Positions 1 through 11,600 of a stretch of 20,000 nt of DNA are shown here, piece by piece. Origin of the DNA: Kondoa subrosea. Lineage: Eukaryota. Each line of letters starts with the position of its first letter. Position 1 is the stretch's first letter. The translations under genes and the position numbers were made by a program. The notes beneath the pieces are model-generated. The model was not told the DNA's origin, did no database searches, and saw only the letters and a list, made by a program, of their open reading frames with translations. Location of the stretch: assembly GCA_039545335.1 (NCBI GenBank), contig BCIN01000009.1:557276-577275 (forward strand). The letters run 5' to 3'.

Positions 1-166
1 TCAGCAGACGTCTTGCTTGCTCTTCTGTTATAGCCTCTTGTAAGCACAGCGCGATATAGATTGTCAACTCTTCATCAAAGAACGTCGACCGCTTGCTCTG
101 AGAAGTGGTATCTTTGCTTAAGGATATTGACAGCCGAGCGTTGGCTATGAGTGTATCTGCTTCCAT
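1..166 (-). CDS. 5' part of a gene running off the window; possibly TRAPP II subunit Trs65-like
   Basis: Frame is open from ATG 166 to the window edge: MEADTLIANARLSISLSKDTTSQSKRSTFFDEELTIYIALCLQEAITEEQARRLL. The R-x-x-F-F-D-E-x-L-x-hydrophobic pattern recalls the N-terminus of fungal Trs65 (from memory). Only 55 codons are visible. Confidence 0.4.
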   Translation of the reverse strand, partial: MEADTLIANARLSISLSKDTTSQSKRSTFFDEELTIYIALCLQEAITEEQARRLL

Positions 167-245
167 CGTTGCATTGGAACAAAGTAATTATGCGAGAATA
201 CGCGATGCTCCCACCCCATTGTGCTACCCAAGTGCAAACCTGTCT

Positions 246-1451
246 TCATTTTCCATAATACAAGATATCGTAATGACCCGGTCTGAGTAACAGCATACTC
301 TCTTTGAAAACCAAAGGACCTTCTTGAACATTGATGACGTTCACTTCAGTCGTTCCCTGCATATCTGGACCTCCTGCTTCTTTCCCAGGCGATTGATCTA
401 AGTAAGCTATTGAGAGTGAGACTTGAAGGGCTTGACAAAGAGCTTGGATCACTTGATTTCATTGTATCATAAGTCGGCTGATTTAAATTATTCGAAAGCA
501 GCAAGAATACTCACTGAGGTGATCTGCGTCTCGGCCAATTGGTTCGATTAAATGCTGAGCGAACCGAACAGCTGAGGGCATTCCGGTCTCTGGATCTTTG
601 ATGCGCTCATCATCTTCATACGAGAAGAGGAAAGGGAAAAAGTCATCTGCTTTGCGGCGAACTTGAGCGGAAGTAATGAGACGTAGAAAGACGACTGTCG
701 AATTAGAGAACTATTGCAAAAGTATATCAGTTGTGCGCGTACGGCAGCTACAGATTGTGTACGTACTTCCGCATCATTAAACGATTTCACCAAAGCAGGT
801 TCGTCCAGACCGGAGGCGGACTTTAGCAAGTTGAAGAGGGGCTCAGAGAAGTCATTGCTATTGATAGAGTCAGATTCTTTCTGCTCCTGCAACAATGACA
901 CGTACAGGATGTCAGGGTCGAAGCCCGCCTGATTACGTAATCAGACTTATTCCATAATCAAGCTGCACGAAGCAGACCTACATCATGTAAATCTGGTGCT
1001 AAACCTTGCATCTGCGCTATTGCTGCTTGACAGGCTTGAGGACCAAGAGTTAAGAGAACTTCAGCATAGCGATAGGCGAAAGCTCTACTACGACCATGGA
1101 TCAGCACCCAAATTTCATCAATGAGACTTCCACAAACTAGAAGCAGTCGCCATCGCCTCGAAGTCTACGCATTTGCGTCCAACCCGTAGCTTGCATGAAC
1201 CGAATCTTTCTGATAAAGGTTACAGACTCCCCATCCTTGTACTCATTGAACAGCGCTTCTAGGTTTTCTCTCTCGCCTGACATTCCAATTCAACGGCACT
1301 TTGAAGTTTCTGTGGTTGCGAGCCTACCTAATAATGGCTTCTTTTGAGATTCGTCGTCTTCTCTCCATTTGTTAGTTAGCTCAATGATCTGTTGATCGGT
1401 GAGGTCGGTCTCTTTAGCTAGTACTTGCACATCTTGAGATTGTTCTGCCAT
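246..1451 (-). CDS. OTUB1: Otubain-type deubiquitinase (peptidase C65, OTUB1-like), spliced
   Basis: Spliced model gives the catalytic Cys motif MRRLRGDGDCFYRAFAY (~1070-1172), SNSTVVFLRLITSA, IEPIGRDADHLMIQAL and the C-terminal His motif LLLRPGHYDILY. Six GT-AG introns keep the frame. Confidence 0.92.
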
Positions 1452-1535
1452 GATTCCTCGTGGTTTGGGACAAGCAGAAACCGTCACGTAATACAAAGGT
1501 AATGCGAGACCGAGCTCATCCACTGTTACATTCTA

Positions 1536-1568
1536 GATACATACATACATCCCTTGTGTACATACATA
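1536..1568 (+). repeat. Short (ATAC)n microsatellite in the ARP10-OTUB1 intergenic region
   Basis: GATACATACATACATC and GTACATACATATG are read directly. Confidence 0.6.
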
Positions 1569-1571
1569 TGT

Positions 1572-3195
1572 CTAAGCACTTCTACTTCCACGCATAGTAG
1601 TCCAATCCGGTAACTCCTCGTCTTGCCAATTGCTATCTCTCAATACTATTTCCCCAGTAGTCTTGAGGTTAACACACATACTTGCTCCAATCCATGGTAG
1701 CAAACTCATTGCGAATGGAGGTGCTTTACCACCATTGTTTTCACCTTCCGCTAAAGGATCGTTTAGGATTGCGATTTCTTTTGCTAGAGCTGATAATGGT
1801 GAGAATCGGGTAGAGAAAGTTGCTCGAGAAGAAGAAGAAGTTGAGGTTAGGATGGAGACGAGTTCTTTTTGTAGTCGACAAGAGAAATTGGGTAACATTG
1901 CTAGACCGCCTGATAAGAGAATAGAAGATGTCAAAGGTTTGCGTAGATCAATAGGCAGCTGTTTGGCATTCCTTCTGACTCAGCATAACTTAAATGCGAA
2001 TTAGATGGAATGCCCTACATTCAGGATCACAGATAGGATGGTTTCCACTATGGATGGTTCATCCTCATCGCCCGACTCAAACAAGAGATCCGCACTCCTT
2101 TCTCGGATCCAACCAGGTATACTCAGAAGCCCTTTCAAAGTATTCGAATTCGTTGGATTACTAATCCGGATATTTAAGCTTGTAGCAGTCGAATTAGCTT
2201 CGTAACGTTTCTTCAACTCTTCCAAAAACGGAGCATCCATGCTCTCATCATATTCTGCAGAAGACATGCTTTCTTCACTTCTTCCTTCTATTTCCATCTC
2301 ACGGTCTTGTGTATTTGGTATCGGTTCACCAACAAACAAAGCACGAGTTATCAGGTCTTCCAATAAGGAAGAAGTCAGACATTCTACTGGTACAGGACCA
2401 GCAACAGGTCGCGGTGCGGTGGAAGTAGTGCTCAGGTTCGGTGGAGGTGTATAGGTAGCGGATCTAAGCAAAAGGCTTTTGAGTCGTTTTTTTAAACGTT
2501 TACCAGCGCAAGAAGTAGATTTCATTAGATTGAACAGTGGTCGAGCGTGATAGATCTTCATTTGGCGCACATTAGGAAAAGGAGGGAAGCGGATCTGAAA
2601 AGAGCTCACTGGTACTGCTGTAGTTTCGAGGAAACCACAATCGACTACCAGACCAGTTATACCTCCCGTAGCAATCAAGGCAAGAAGATGGGAAGGCGCA
2701 AAGGTCAGAGAAGGGATCTAATTGCATCTTTGAGACCCTCCTCGCGTGCTAGTCTTATCAAGGCGAACATACCTGAAGATTTCCAAAGAGAACTCTTGCA
2801 ATCAGGTTCTTGATGCGCATAGGTAGAAGGGGATTCTCAATGACCAGTACTTTGCGAGTTTTCGGGTCGAGCATCAATTCGCGGTAAAGGATCTTTCGAA
2901 GTCCAGCTTGAACGACAGCTTCTACTCTGTGCTCGTCTTCCTCTGACCAATCACTTGCACAGCTTAGACTCCACAAGCCGTCTGAATCTGCTCCAAGCGA
3001 CATAACATCCATCACGCCTCTTGGCCCAGCTTCGCCAGAGAACCCATAGCGCCAATATCTCGATCCTAGATCCAATATAGCAAGATCTTCAGAACCATAG
3101 AGCGTGTATTTGCGGCTTGAGATATAAGCAGGCGATGGAACATTCAGATTGCTGCTGCTTTCACTGGCTGTAGGTCGCGTTGGCGTTGATGCCAT
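1572..3195 (-). CDS. ARP10: Actin-related protein 10 (dynactin Arp11/ACTR10 family), 4 exons
   Basis: Actin-fold motifs ILDLGSRYWRYGFSGE, RKVLVIENPLLP, GLVVDCGFLETTAVPIY and LPIDLRKPLTSSILLSGGLAMLPNF. Introns at about 2718-2772, 2556-2609 and 1959-2018. Confidence 0.9.
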
Positions 3196-3482
3196 GGTAT
3201 CTTATGCTGCTTTGGGTATGCTCATAGCCTGATATCAGCCAGCCAGTCAGTCGCAGTTCTGCGGCAACCTGTTCACGGAAATGTTCTTGACTCTTCTGAA
3301 ACGAAACGCTGCCCTGCGATTCTTCTGTTATTACCTACCATGTGTTGCTGACTCACACGATATCTGTTTGCTCGTCTCTCCTTTTGTCTTCCTCTGCTCT
3401 ATACCCCTCGCTTCACCTTTTTTGTGTCATTCTGGCTCCGCCTTTGGGGTTCTAAAATTTGAACACAAGACAGTAATCGAGC

Positions 3483-5032
3483 ATGTTTCCTCCAAGCAGC
3501 CCTCGATTAGGCTATCCATCCGCTCATTCCGTCATCGGTCTGGCCAAACAAATCTATTTTGGTTTCACAAATGGGAGATCACTCTTCGGTTGTCTCTTCA
3601 GCGTTGCATGTGTGTCTTGATTTTAGCTACAACACGACATTTTGGCTGATCGCATGTGTGCAAAAGATGGCGCTGCGCCTGTCGCTCTGTGGATCTTCAG
3701 CTTCAAGCATGCAGGAGCAATACCGACTGAATGGAGACCGACTGTACGTTCCGATCTCTCCGTAAGCTGTTCATAAGCTTATAAGGCAGTGGATCGACGT
3801 ACAGATACATACGGAGCTCTTACCTCATATCAACAATATCCTAACTTCCTTTGTTGGCACTTTCTTACTCACACTCATTATTATGCCTTTCGTTTATCAA
3901 CTCCTTACACCTACCAAATCCGTCGAGTCAGTCTCATCGAAACAGAAGCTAGCAGCCTTTTCTTTATTGGCGTATCCTGCTGCATTGAGTATATTGAGTT
4001 GGCTAGCTGAAACGGTGCGTCAATTCTGCAACACCAGCTCGTTTCTTCAGCTTAAATAGTAGAATACGTGCAGTCTATAAGAAGATGGAAAGATCTGTTC
4101 GCTTTCTTATCTTATGGTGTACTCCATTTCGCTTCACCGTTCTTGGGTGGTTTCTTCCTTTGGCTCTGGGCACCATCAGGTACGTGTTGATGGTTACATG
4201 ATATGAAATGTTGCTGATGTTGTATATTCAGGGGTTGCGGCCACTTTTGGTTGGAGTTTAGGCTTTCAGAATTGTGCTAGTTTAGCAACTCATCTCGTCT
4301 TTCCAAGTGAGCCTGAATTTCATTGCTTATCAGCTATATGCTGATGGATTCAAAACAGACGCAGCACGTACGTTGCGACCATCAAAATCGTCCAGATTCA
4401 ATCGGCTTACGTAACTCCTTCGTTTGTCTAGCCTGGTTCGCAGATACCTATGGCAGTCCGCCTATACCCGAACCTAGCTACGAGACGCTCGGAAATCCAG
4501 CTGGTCTGATCCGAGTGGACGAAATTCTCAATGTGAATATCTATCACAAAGCGTTCGTCTGATCATCCGTTCTGCCACATTTCTGGCTAAGAGGGAAGAC
4601 AAATCGAACAGATTCAAGAGATCTCCAGTCGTCTTTGGTGCTATTCCTAGCGTACATGCAGGCACAGCAATCTGTCTTGCGCTCTACATGGGAAGATACT
4701 ATAACGATAGAGCAACAACAGCAATAATGATTTATGCTGCTTGGATGCTTTGGGCTACAATGTATTTACGACATCACTATATGGTCGATTTACTGGCTGG
4801 ATCGATTTATGCTTTGGGTTTCTTTCTTCTATTTCGACGAACGACTTTGAAACGGATTGATGCGCAAGCGATTGAAAAGGGTAGTACTAACGGATGGCAG
4901 AGATTGATTCTAGGGTATGGTTCAAGATTACCTACTGTTCTACCTACCTTGCAAGGTGCAAGTGGGGAAAGTAGTTATGATGTTTTGTCAACGACAGAAA
5001 TAGATGAAGAGATCAGGAAGTTGGAGCATTGA
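3483..5032 (+). CDS. IPT1: Inositolphosphotransferase Ipt1-like protein (Aur1/Ipt1 PAP2-type sphingolipid synthase), multi-exon membrane protein
   Basis: Spliced translation includes AIPTEWRPTIHTELLP, KDLFAFLSYGVLHFASP, SLGFQNCASLATHLVFPNAAPWF, AGLIRVDEIL, SPVVFGAIPSVHAG and RHHYMVDL. The LGxQN...THL and AGLIRVD motifs fit Ipt1 better than Aur1. ATG 3483 is inferred from the phase of intron 3610-3666. Confidence 0.8.
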
Positions 5033-5123
5033 AGAAGTAATCGTTTATGCATATACACACGTTTTAGTTTGCATACCGAAAGTTTTTGTAGTCATTCATT
5101 TTTAATACCCAGAATTGATAATT

Positions 5124-6629
5124 TCAAGGTTTATAAAATACTCTACAAATGCCTTCAAACTTGTAATTCGCATCCTTTTCATCCACTACATAAGCAAAAG
5201 CCAATTTGGTAGGTGAGAAAGCGATGGCTTCAGCTCCACTCTTGACTGGTATAGTATGTATGATCTGACCACTTTCAACTGAGGCCTATCGAGCACATTA
5301 TTACAGCGATCGTGTCTGCTTCAGAAGACGTACGATGTCTATCCTTGGGTCTTCTGTTGCCAAAGCTAGCAGATCACCATCATGCGAAAATCTGACCGCT
5401 CGCACAGGAGAACTGTAGTCAGAGGCAAGCGCCAATCAGAAGACTTCGCTGATTGCCTATGATCAGGACCAACTCTTGTTTCGTATACGTCTTCACGCAA
5501 AACCATTCTTTCGTATCCCATAAACTCGCTAACGAATCATTCGAACCCATAGCCAAAAACCTGTCGACGAGCGCATGCTCCATCACAAGTAAAGAGATGT
5601 TGCAGACGCCTGACTGACCTTCCTCTTGGATCTAGATCCAGTGTGGCGCAAGAAGCAGGATGGGCATCGATTTGAGTAATAATTTCCATACTTGGGAATC
5701 CAAAGAGTTTGAGTCCGACGCCGGAAGCTACTGCTAGATGAGCTGAAGTTTGCGAGAACGTCATTTCGTTGGCCTGAGGATACCCTCGTCAAGCAAAGCG
5801 GGACGAGGGAAAGAGATTGACTAACCTCGTCTGATTCTTTATGCGTCGAATGTATGCTTCCGTCTGCTGCTTGAATAATAGTGAAAACGTTGAACTTGTT
5901 TGCTACCACTAGCCAAACGCCATCAGGTGACCAAGCCATATTTATCGGGTGTTCTGGTATTGTAATTGTATGTATCGATCCTCCCTCTGTGAGCCTCTTC
6001 ACTTTCCTCATCACAATGTGAAGAGAATCCAAAGACTCACGTCTAATGTCCCATATTCGCAATGTTTTGTCTTCCGAAACCGTAGCGAGCTGTGCAAAAC
6101 ATCTTTATCTAATTGCCTGAAGCAATGAGAAGTAGGATGCCACGCACGCGTTCAGGATGTCCAGGATCCCATACTAGACTGATGATTTTATCCGTGTGAC
6201 CTTTGAGCGAACTTCCAGAACTCTTGTCTGAACAATCTGAATCAGCATGATATAGTTGAATAGCTGGAAAAATGGCACACAATCTGCTCCCCAGGGCTTC
6301 CATATCCTTACTGTCATATCATTCGATCCGGTAGCCAAACGAACACCATCGCAAGACCATCCTGTAGTACATTAATCAAACATGCAATGGAATACAGCGT
6401 TAAGGGCCGACCTAGAGCGTGTACTTTGTCTTTCTGTATCACAGCAATCAGGGCCTACCACATTCACAGCGTGCTGCGCGATCAGCTGACATACATGTAC
6501 ACCTCGTAATTCACGAGTCTGCCATTTTGCTAGAGAAGCAGATGTGGAAGCTACGGCTAAAGCACTGGATGTAGAAGCGATAGAGCTACTGCTTGATGCT
6601 ACAGCGGTCGTGATAGCTGTCGTCGACAT
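5124..6629 (-). CDS. THOC3: THO complex subunit 3 (Tex1), WD40 repeat protein, multi-exon
   Basis: TRELRGVHKDKVHALGWSCDGVRLATGSND, LKGHTDKIISLVWDP, SEDKTLRIWDIR, INMAWSPDG, IDAHPASCATLDLDPRGRFLAMGSNDSLASLWD, VRFSHDGDLLALATED. Ends EGICRVFYKP*. Confidence 0.88.
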
Positions 6630-6691
6630 TTTGACTTGGAAAGTGCACAAGATTTGAGAGGACTCTGAATGCGGGCTCTTCGGGCAGCAGA

Positions 6692-6834
6692 CTATCAGTA
6701 CAGAGAATTGGATGATCGGCTTAGAGCTCTTGAATGTATTTGGACAAGCAGCTCAGCTTGGCCAAAAGCGACGAGATGCGATAACACCAGAATGTGCTCA
6801 GCCTGTCTGCTATAGCGCAGACTAAGATTCTACT
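6692..6834 (+). repeat. Degenerate copy A of the TRS120 upstream region plus first ~18 codons (pseudogenic fragment)
   Basis: Aligns to 8511-8683: AGTACAGAGAATT(G/A)GATGA, CTTGGCCAAAAGCGACGA(G/C)ATGCGAT, AATGTGCTCAGCCTGTC(T/C)GCT(A/G)TAGC(G/A)CAGA. The start ATGAACCAA has become ATAACACCAG. Confidence 0.92.
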
Positions 6835-6945
6835 ATCTACTATCAGTGTGCTACGACTATCGTGCTATTATTGAGACGCTTGCTTTCCTCTTACGCGTCG
6901 GGCAGCATTTCTCGTCATACCAAATCAAAACTTGTTCGACAAGCC

Positions 6946-8409
6946 ATGAGCCTTTCTCCGGGTCCTGAAGCACCTATGGCTGTCGGCCGGACTCTACTGG
7001 CTCGCAATGACCTGCTTAATGACCGCTATCGTACAATCTCGTTGCTGGGAGAAGGCAGATGGTCACAAACGTATCTTGTTCAGGACAAGCAGTACGCTTA
7101 CGACCTCGCATGTAGTCAATGTTTAACTCATTTGACTGCTTCGACAGAAGCATGGACAGTTCTGCGGCTCTTGCATGCAAAATCTACTCCGCTTATGCCA
7201 CTCAAGGAGGCGTAAAGAAAGGCTACATTCGCGAATTAGAGGTCCTACAGCGTATCAGAGCAGAAGCAGAAGATTCTTATCTTCCTTCACTTCGAGATCA
7301 CTTCTACCATTCATCTTCGGAAGGTCAACATCTTTGTCTCTTTATGCCGTTGATGTGCGAATCCGTGGAGAATTGGCGGAAGTCCTTACCTAGCAAGTCC
7401 TTGGATGTCCAAACCACGAAGGAAATTGTCGCACTCGTGTTGGAAGGATTGACAGTCTTACACAAACACGGCATCATTCATACTGGTGAGTTGTGAACTG
7501 ATTTAGTACACAACACAAGCTGAGGCTAGTGCAGATATCAAAGCTGACAATATCCTTATCGATGGTGTTCAAGATGAAGACGTCGACAAGAGGTTGTCAG
7601 CAAAAGATACGGTGTCACTCGTCAAAGATCCTTTACCACATCACTACTCCCTTGAGCAATCTTCGAAAGCAAAAGAAACCTATACCTTCGTTTTGACCGA
7701 TTTTTCCAATTGTACGCCCTCGCTCTTCCGAACAGGGCTGGATCTGATCATTAATTGCCAGCCCAATTCGTTGGCGAGCCTTGTCCAGCTGAAATCATTA
7801 GCTCTTACTCTCTCAGAGCACCAGAAGTCACTCTTGGTGTCCCATTTGATCAGAAAGTTGATGTCTGGGCGATCGGCTGCCTGGTCTGTGACCAACTCTG
7901 TTTTGTAGGCCTCGACTGACCAAAGAGGCTCAGGTCTTCGAATTACTGACCGGTGCTTGGCTCTTTTCTCCTACGGACGGAGAGACTTGGACTGTAGGCT
8001 CTACTGTCTTGAGAAGATATGCGTCGCTGATCTCGATGTTATGCAGGTTGAAGATGACCATTTGGCCAAGATGTTGGAAATGACTGGCTCGTCAGCATTC
8101 CCACCTGCGCTTGTAGGTCAAGGGAAGAGAAAAGCGCAATATTTGAAGAATGATGGTAAGCTCTCGATATCCCCTTGATCTTTCCTTTCCCAATCTCACA
8201 ACTTGCCAGGCACACTATTGAAGATCGATGATCTTCTACCTGTGTCGATCGAACGAGCTTTCGCAACATACAAGAAACTTTCGGATAAGGAAGCAACAGA
8301 GGCAGCCGACTTCATTCGAGCTTGTCTCACCCTAGATCCAAGTTCAAGACCATCCACGGAAGAGTTGGCTGTCCATCCATGGATTCGTACAGCGTTTATG
8401 GGCGAATAA
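6946..8409 (+). CDS. Divergent SRPK/Sky1-like CMGC serine/threonine kinase, multi-exon
   Basis: Gly loop LGEGRWSQTY, ALACKI, YIRELEVL, LRDHFYHSSSEGQHLCL, IIHTDIKADNILI, VLTDFSN, SLRAPEV, VDVWAIGCLVFELLTGAWLF, EDDHLAKMLEMTG, FIRACLTLDPSSRPSTEELAVHPW. Confidence 0.87.
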
Positions 8410-8510
8410 GAAAGGCTGCATACTCAAACAATGGAAGGGAATGAAACTCATCGATATACCATTCAACAAGAGAGAAAGAGATTAATGTATACAAGCATTT
8501 GAACAGTAAG

Positions 8511-8683
8511 CTATTAGTAGTACAGAGAATTAGATGACCGATTGGGAGTTCTTGTTTGTGTATGCAAGTGTATGCAAGTATGTCATGAGGTGCAGCCTAG
8601 ATGCATCTTGGCCAAAAGCGACGACATGCGATGAACCAAAATGTGCTCAGCCTGTCCGCTGTAGCACAGATCCAGGTTCTGCT
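8511..8683 (+). repeat. Copy B (intact) of the direct repeat: TRS120 upstream region and first codons
   Basis: Matches 6692-6834. It has ~30 nt more sequence, including tandem GTGTATGCAA x2 (8558-8577), and the intact ATG at 8631. Confidence 0.92.
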
Positions 8684-11600
8684 TGTACCTGTGCAGCCTA
8701 TCAAGCGACAGACTTATGTGGATCATTGCAAGCTCATCAAGCAATTTACTCGGATTCAGCTTCGAGACGTGCCTGTAGACCCTCGTGGCCCTACAGCACA
8801 ATGCTCCGCTCTACCTACCTCGAACGGAATCTTGCTGTTGAATTACCTAGACTCTTATCCTCGTTCTCAAACTTATCTCGAAGAATTCCAATTGTCACGT
8901 CGAGTTTTGGGTGTAATAGGAGTATTGGACTGCGAAGAATGGGATAACCTGCAAGAGGGTATAGAAGAGTTCGATAGATTACTGAAATCACACCCTCAAG
9001 TCCTGTCAACTCGATGCTATGCCTTTCATCCATCTGCAGAACAAAAGGACGATGTGGAAGGCTTGGTGCTTATCCCAAACGTTGGTGACATGAGTTTCTA
9101 TATGTCTACACTCCTGGCCGACTTCTGCGCTTCCCTCTTGCATGGATTGTCGGATCTAGCTTTCGCCTATGATCGGAGACTGGTCGTCGAAGGTCCTTCG
9201 GAAGCTATCATACCCGATGTCCTTTCTTCACTCAATGCAAGATCGTCAAATACCATACAAAGGACTACCACTCCCGATCCAATTCGGCGTAATTCTACAC
9301 CCAACCCTTCTGAATCTTTAGAACATCTGCCGAATAAACGCTTGTCAACTATACCCAATACATCGGATGTCAATCTATTGGACAAATCAAACAGGAGGAA
9401 AATGCAAGGAAGAGTGCTGAAATTGAAAGCCGACTTGAGATCCTTGAGCGGAAGATGGACTGAAGCTACTGCATTGTACAACGAAGCAATTGTTATCAGC
9501 AAGACTACTTCAGACGATGTTTGGCATGGATCGGCTGCGGAGAACTTGATCATGTTACAGGCATTGTCTGTCTGGTTTGGTATGCGTGAGGTGAGCCAGC
9601 CGGTCATTCATGTCATTTGGGCATGGCCTGATCAGCGGCATCACAGACTACTGCTATAGACGGCAGCAAAAGCGATACTCTACCTCTGAACGGCTCTTCG
9701 ACATTGCGTGAATTACCAGATCGATATTCTCAAGTTCTTGCCCTTTATTCTAAATCCCTCACTTCGATCAACACATCAGAAGAAGATCAAACTCCGGCGC
9801 TCATCCATGCAGAAGCCTGCCTTCGAGCAGCACGCGTCACTTTATCAGCTTGGCGAGCTGGCGGCTGGTCTCCTCGAGCTTTGAGCTTTATGATGGCATC
9901 ACCACCTCTTGCACCTGCACCACTACCATCAGACTACGCTCGGCTGAGCGCTTTAGCATCTGTTCAACGCTTCAGCATATCAGAAATTGCTGGCCAAGCT
10001 TTAACAAAACAGTTGGAAACTATTGCATTCGCTGATCGACTCAATATCCTCAAAGCACTCGCTTCCATTTATTCACTTCTAGGCTATACTAGGAAACGCG
10101 CGACTGCACTCAGGGAAATAGCTGCTCTCCTAGCGGATTCAATCAGAAGAGCTAAATTACTCAATACCCAAAGGTATGGCGAAGTAGTAAGAAGTTATAG
10201 CACAACAGAAGGGAATGGATCTATTGTTGGGCTACTAGAAAAGGTGGTCGATGCCTACGGAGTGGAATTGATCGAAAAATTGATCAATGGGAGCAAAGAA
10301 GCCAACCAAAAGCGAAGGCAATCCGTATTTGGCTCATTGGAAGCTCAAAAGAAGCCATCTGTCGTTACTGAAGAAGTAGAGAGCATCTTTGGTTGGCCTG
10401 CTCTGCAAGTCAGTGTGATCAGGGATTCGGTTCTCGTTTCATCAATGATTTCAGGTGTGACTATCAGAAATCGATGTCCAGGCATACGCTGATGTCGTTA
10501 TATGATGCTGCACAGAACATCAAGCTGCTCTTCGATTTGGTGTCTCTGCTTTACGAAGTCTTAGTGCAGTTATGCCGCCTATGGAGCAGTACGAGCTCAG
10601 TCAAACTATCCCTGAGACTTTTGCAGCGGCAGCCAGACGTGGCGCCGAGTTTGAATTGGATTTCTGGGGTCCTCTTAATTTCGTTGTATCGATCGAAGTC
10701 GCACCGTACGTTTCCTATCTCAAACAATTTGTAAGTTGTGATTGATATCATGTCAATCGCAGTCTGTCACCGAATCGCTACCCACATGAAATGACAACTA
10801 CTTCGACTACTTCAAACGGCTCAACAACTCCGGCCAGTACCTTCTACTCCTTCGACCCAAAGAAGGAAAAGAGAATGACAGGAAATACACAAGTAAGTAT
10901 GCCCATTTTATCATGTCTAACGCACTGACATGTCTTACAGAACGTTCTGGTAGAGAATGAGCCTGTTGATTTGCTGGTAACATTGCAGAACACCTTCATG
11001 TTCGACTTACTCGTCGAAAACATCGAATTGAGGTGAGCTTTGCAACAATACCCTGGTACTCTCAAATGACCATCTTCTAAGTACCTCTGGCTGCGACTTC
11101 CAAGCACACCCAATTTCTATCACTCTGCCTAGCGCTTCTTATCATACCATCCATTTGTCCGGTACACCTCTATCAACTGGTACTCTCGATATTAGAGGCT
11201 GCAAAATCCGACTGCAAGGTTCTTCAGAGCGAGAATTTGTCCTACCGATCTGGTCGGCCAAAGTCAATGCCCGACCTGTCAGCCTAGAACTAGACGAGGA
11301 ACGCATCAAGCAAATAGGCGTTGAGTCGCGCAAGCGACAATCAATTGCAGAGATCAGCGATGTTCCTTCAGATTTGCAATTCCTGCAATGCAAAGTTCTG
11401 CCTCAGCAACCTTTGCTCAGCATAAAATCGACGTCACTTACTCATGGTGCTATGATGCTGTATGAGGGCGAAAGGTGCGTCTTACTTGTCATTTGAGATC
11501 GAAGCTCATCCTTACGCGAAGCATAGAGCTCAAATTCAACTTCAGATTGAGAATACTTCCCTTCTTCCAATCACTTTCCTGGATCTTGTCTTTCGCGATG

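Noticed and set aside
1225..1236. Apparent frameshift or stop in OTUB1 exon 2
   Set aside because: Recounting the G run gives GAT GGG GAG TCT GTA ACC; the frame is intact.
3281..3649. 122-aa ORF as the IPT1 N-terminus, using a GC-AG intron at 3606
   Set aside because: ATG 3483 with a GT donor at 3610 gives a simpler model with a plausible hydrophobic segment. The upstream pyrimidine-rich stretch looks like promoter/UTR.
8601..8630. Upstream in-frame ATG 8601 for TRS120
   Set aside because: Family-like sequence begins near ATG 8631 and the extension MHLGQKRRHA is not recognisable. It cannot be strictly excluded.
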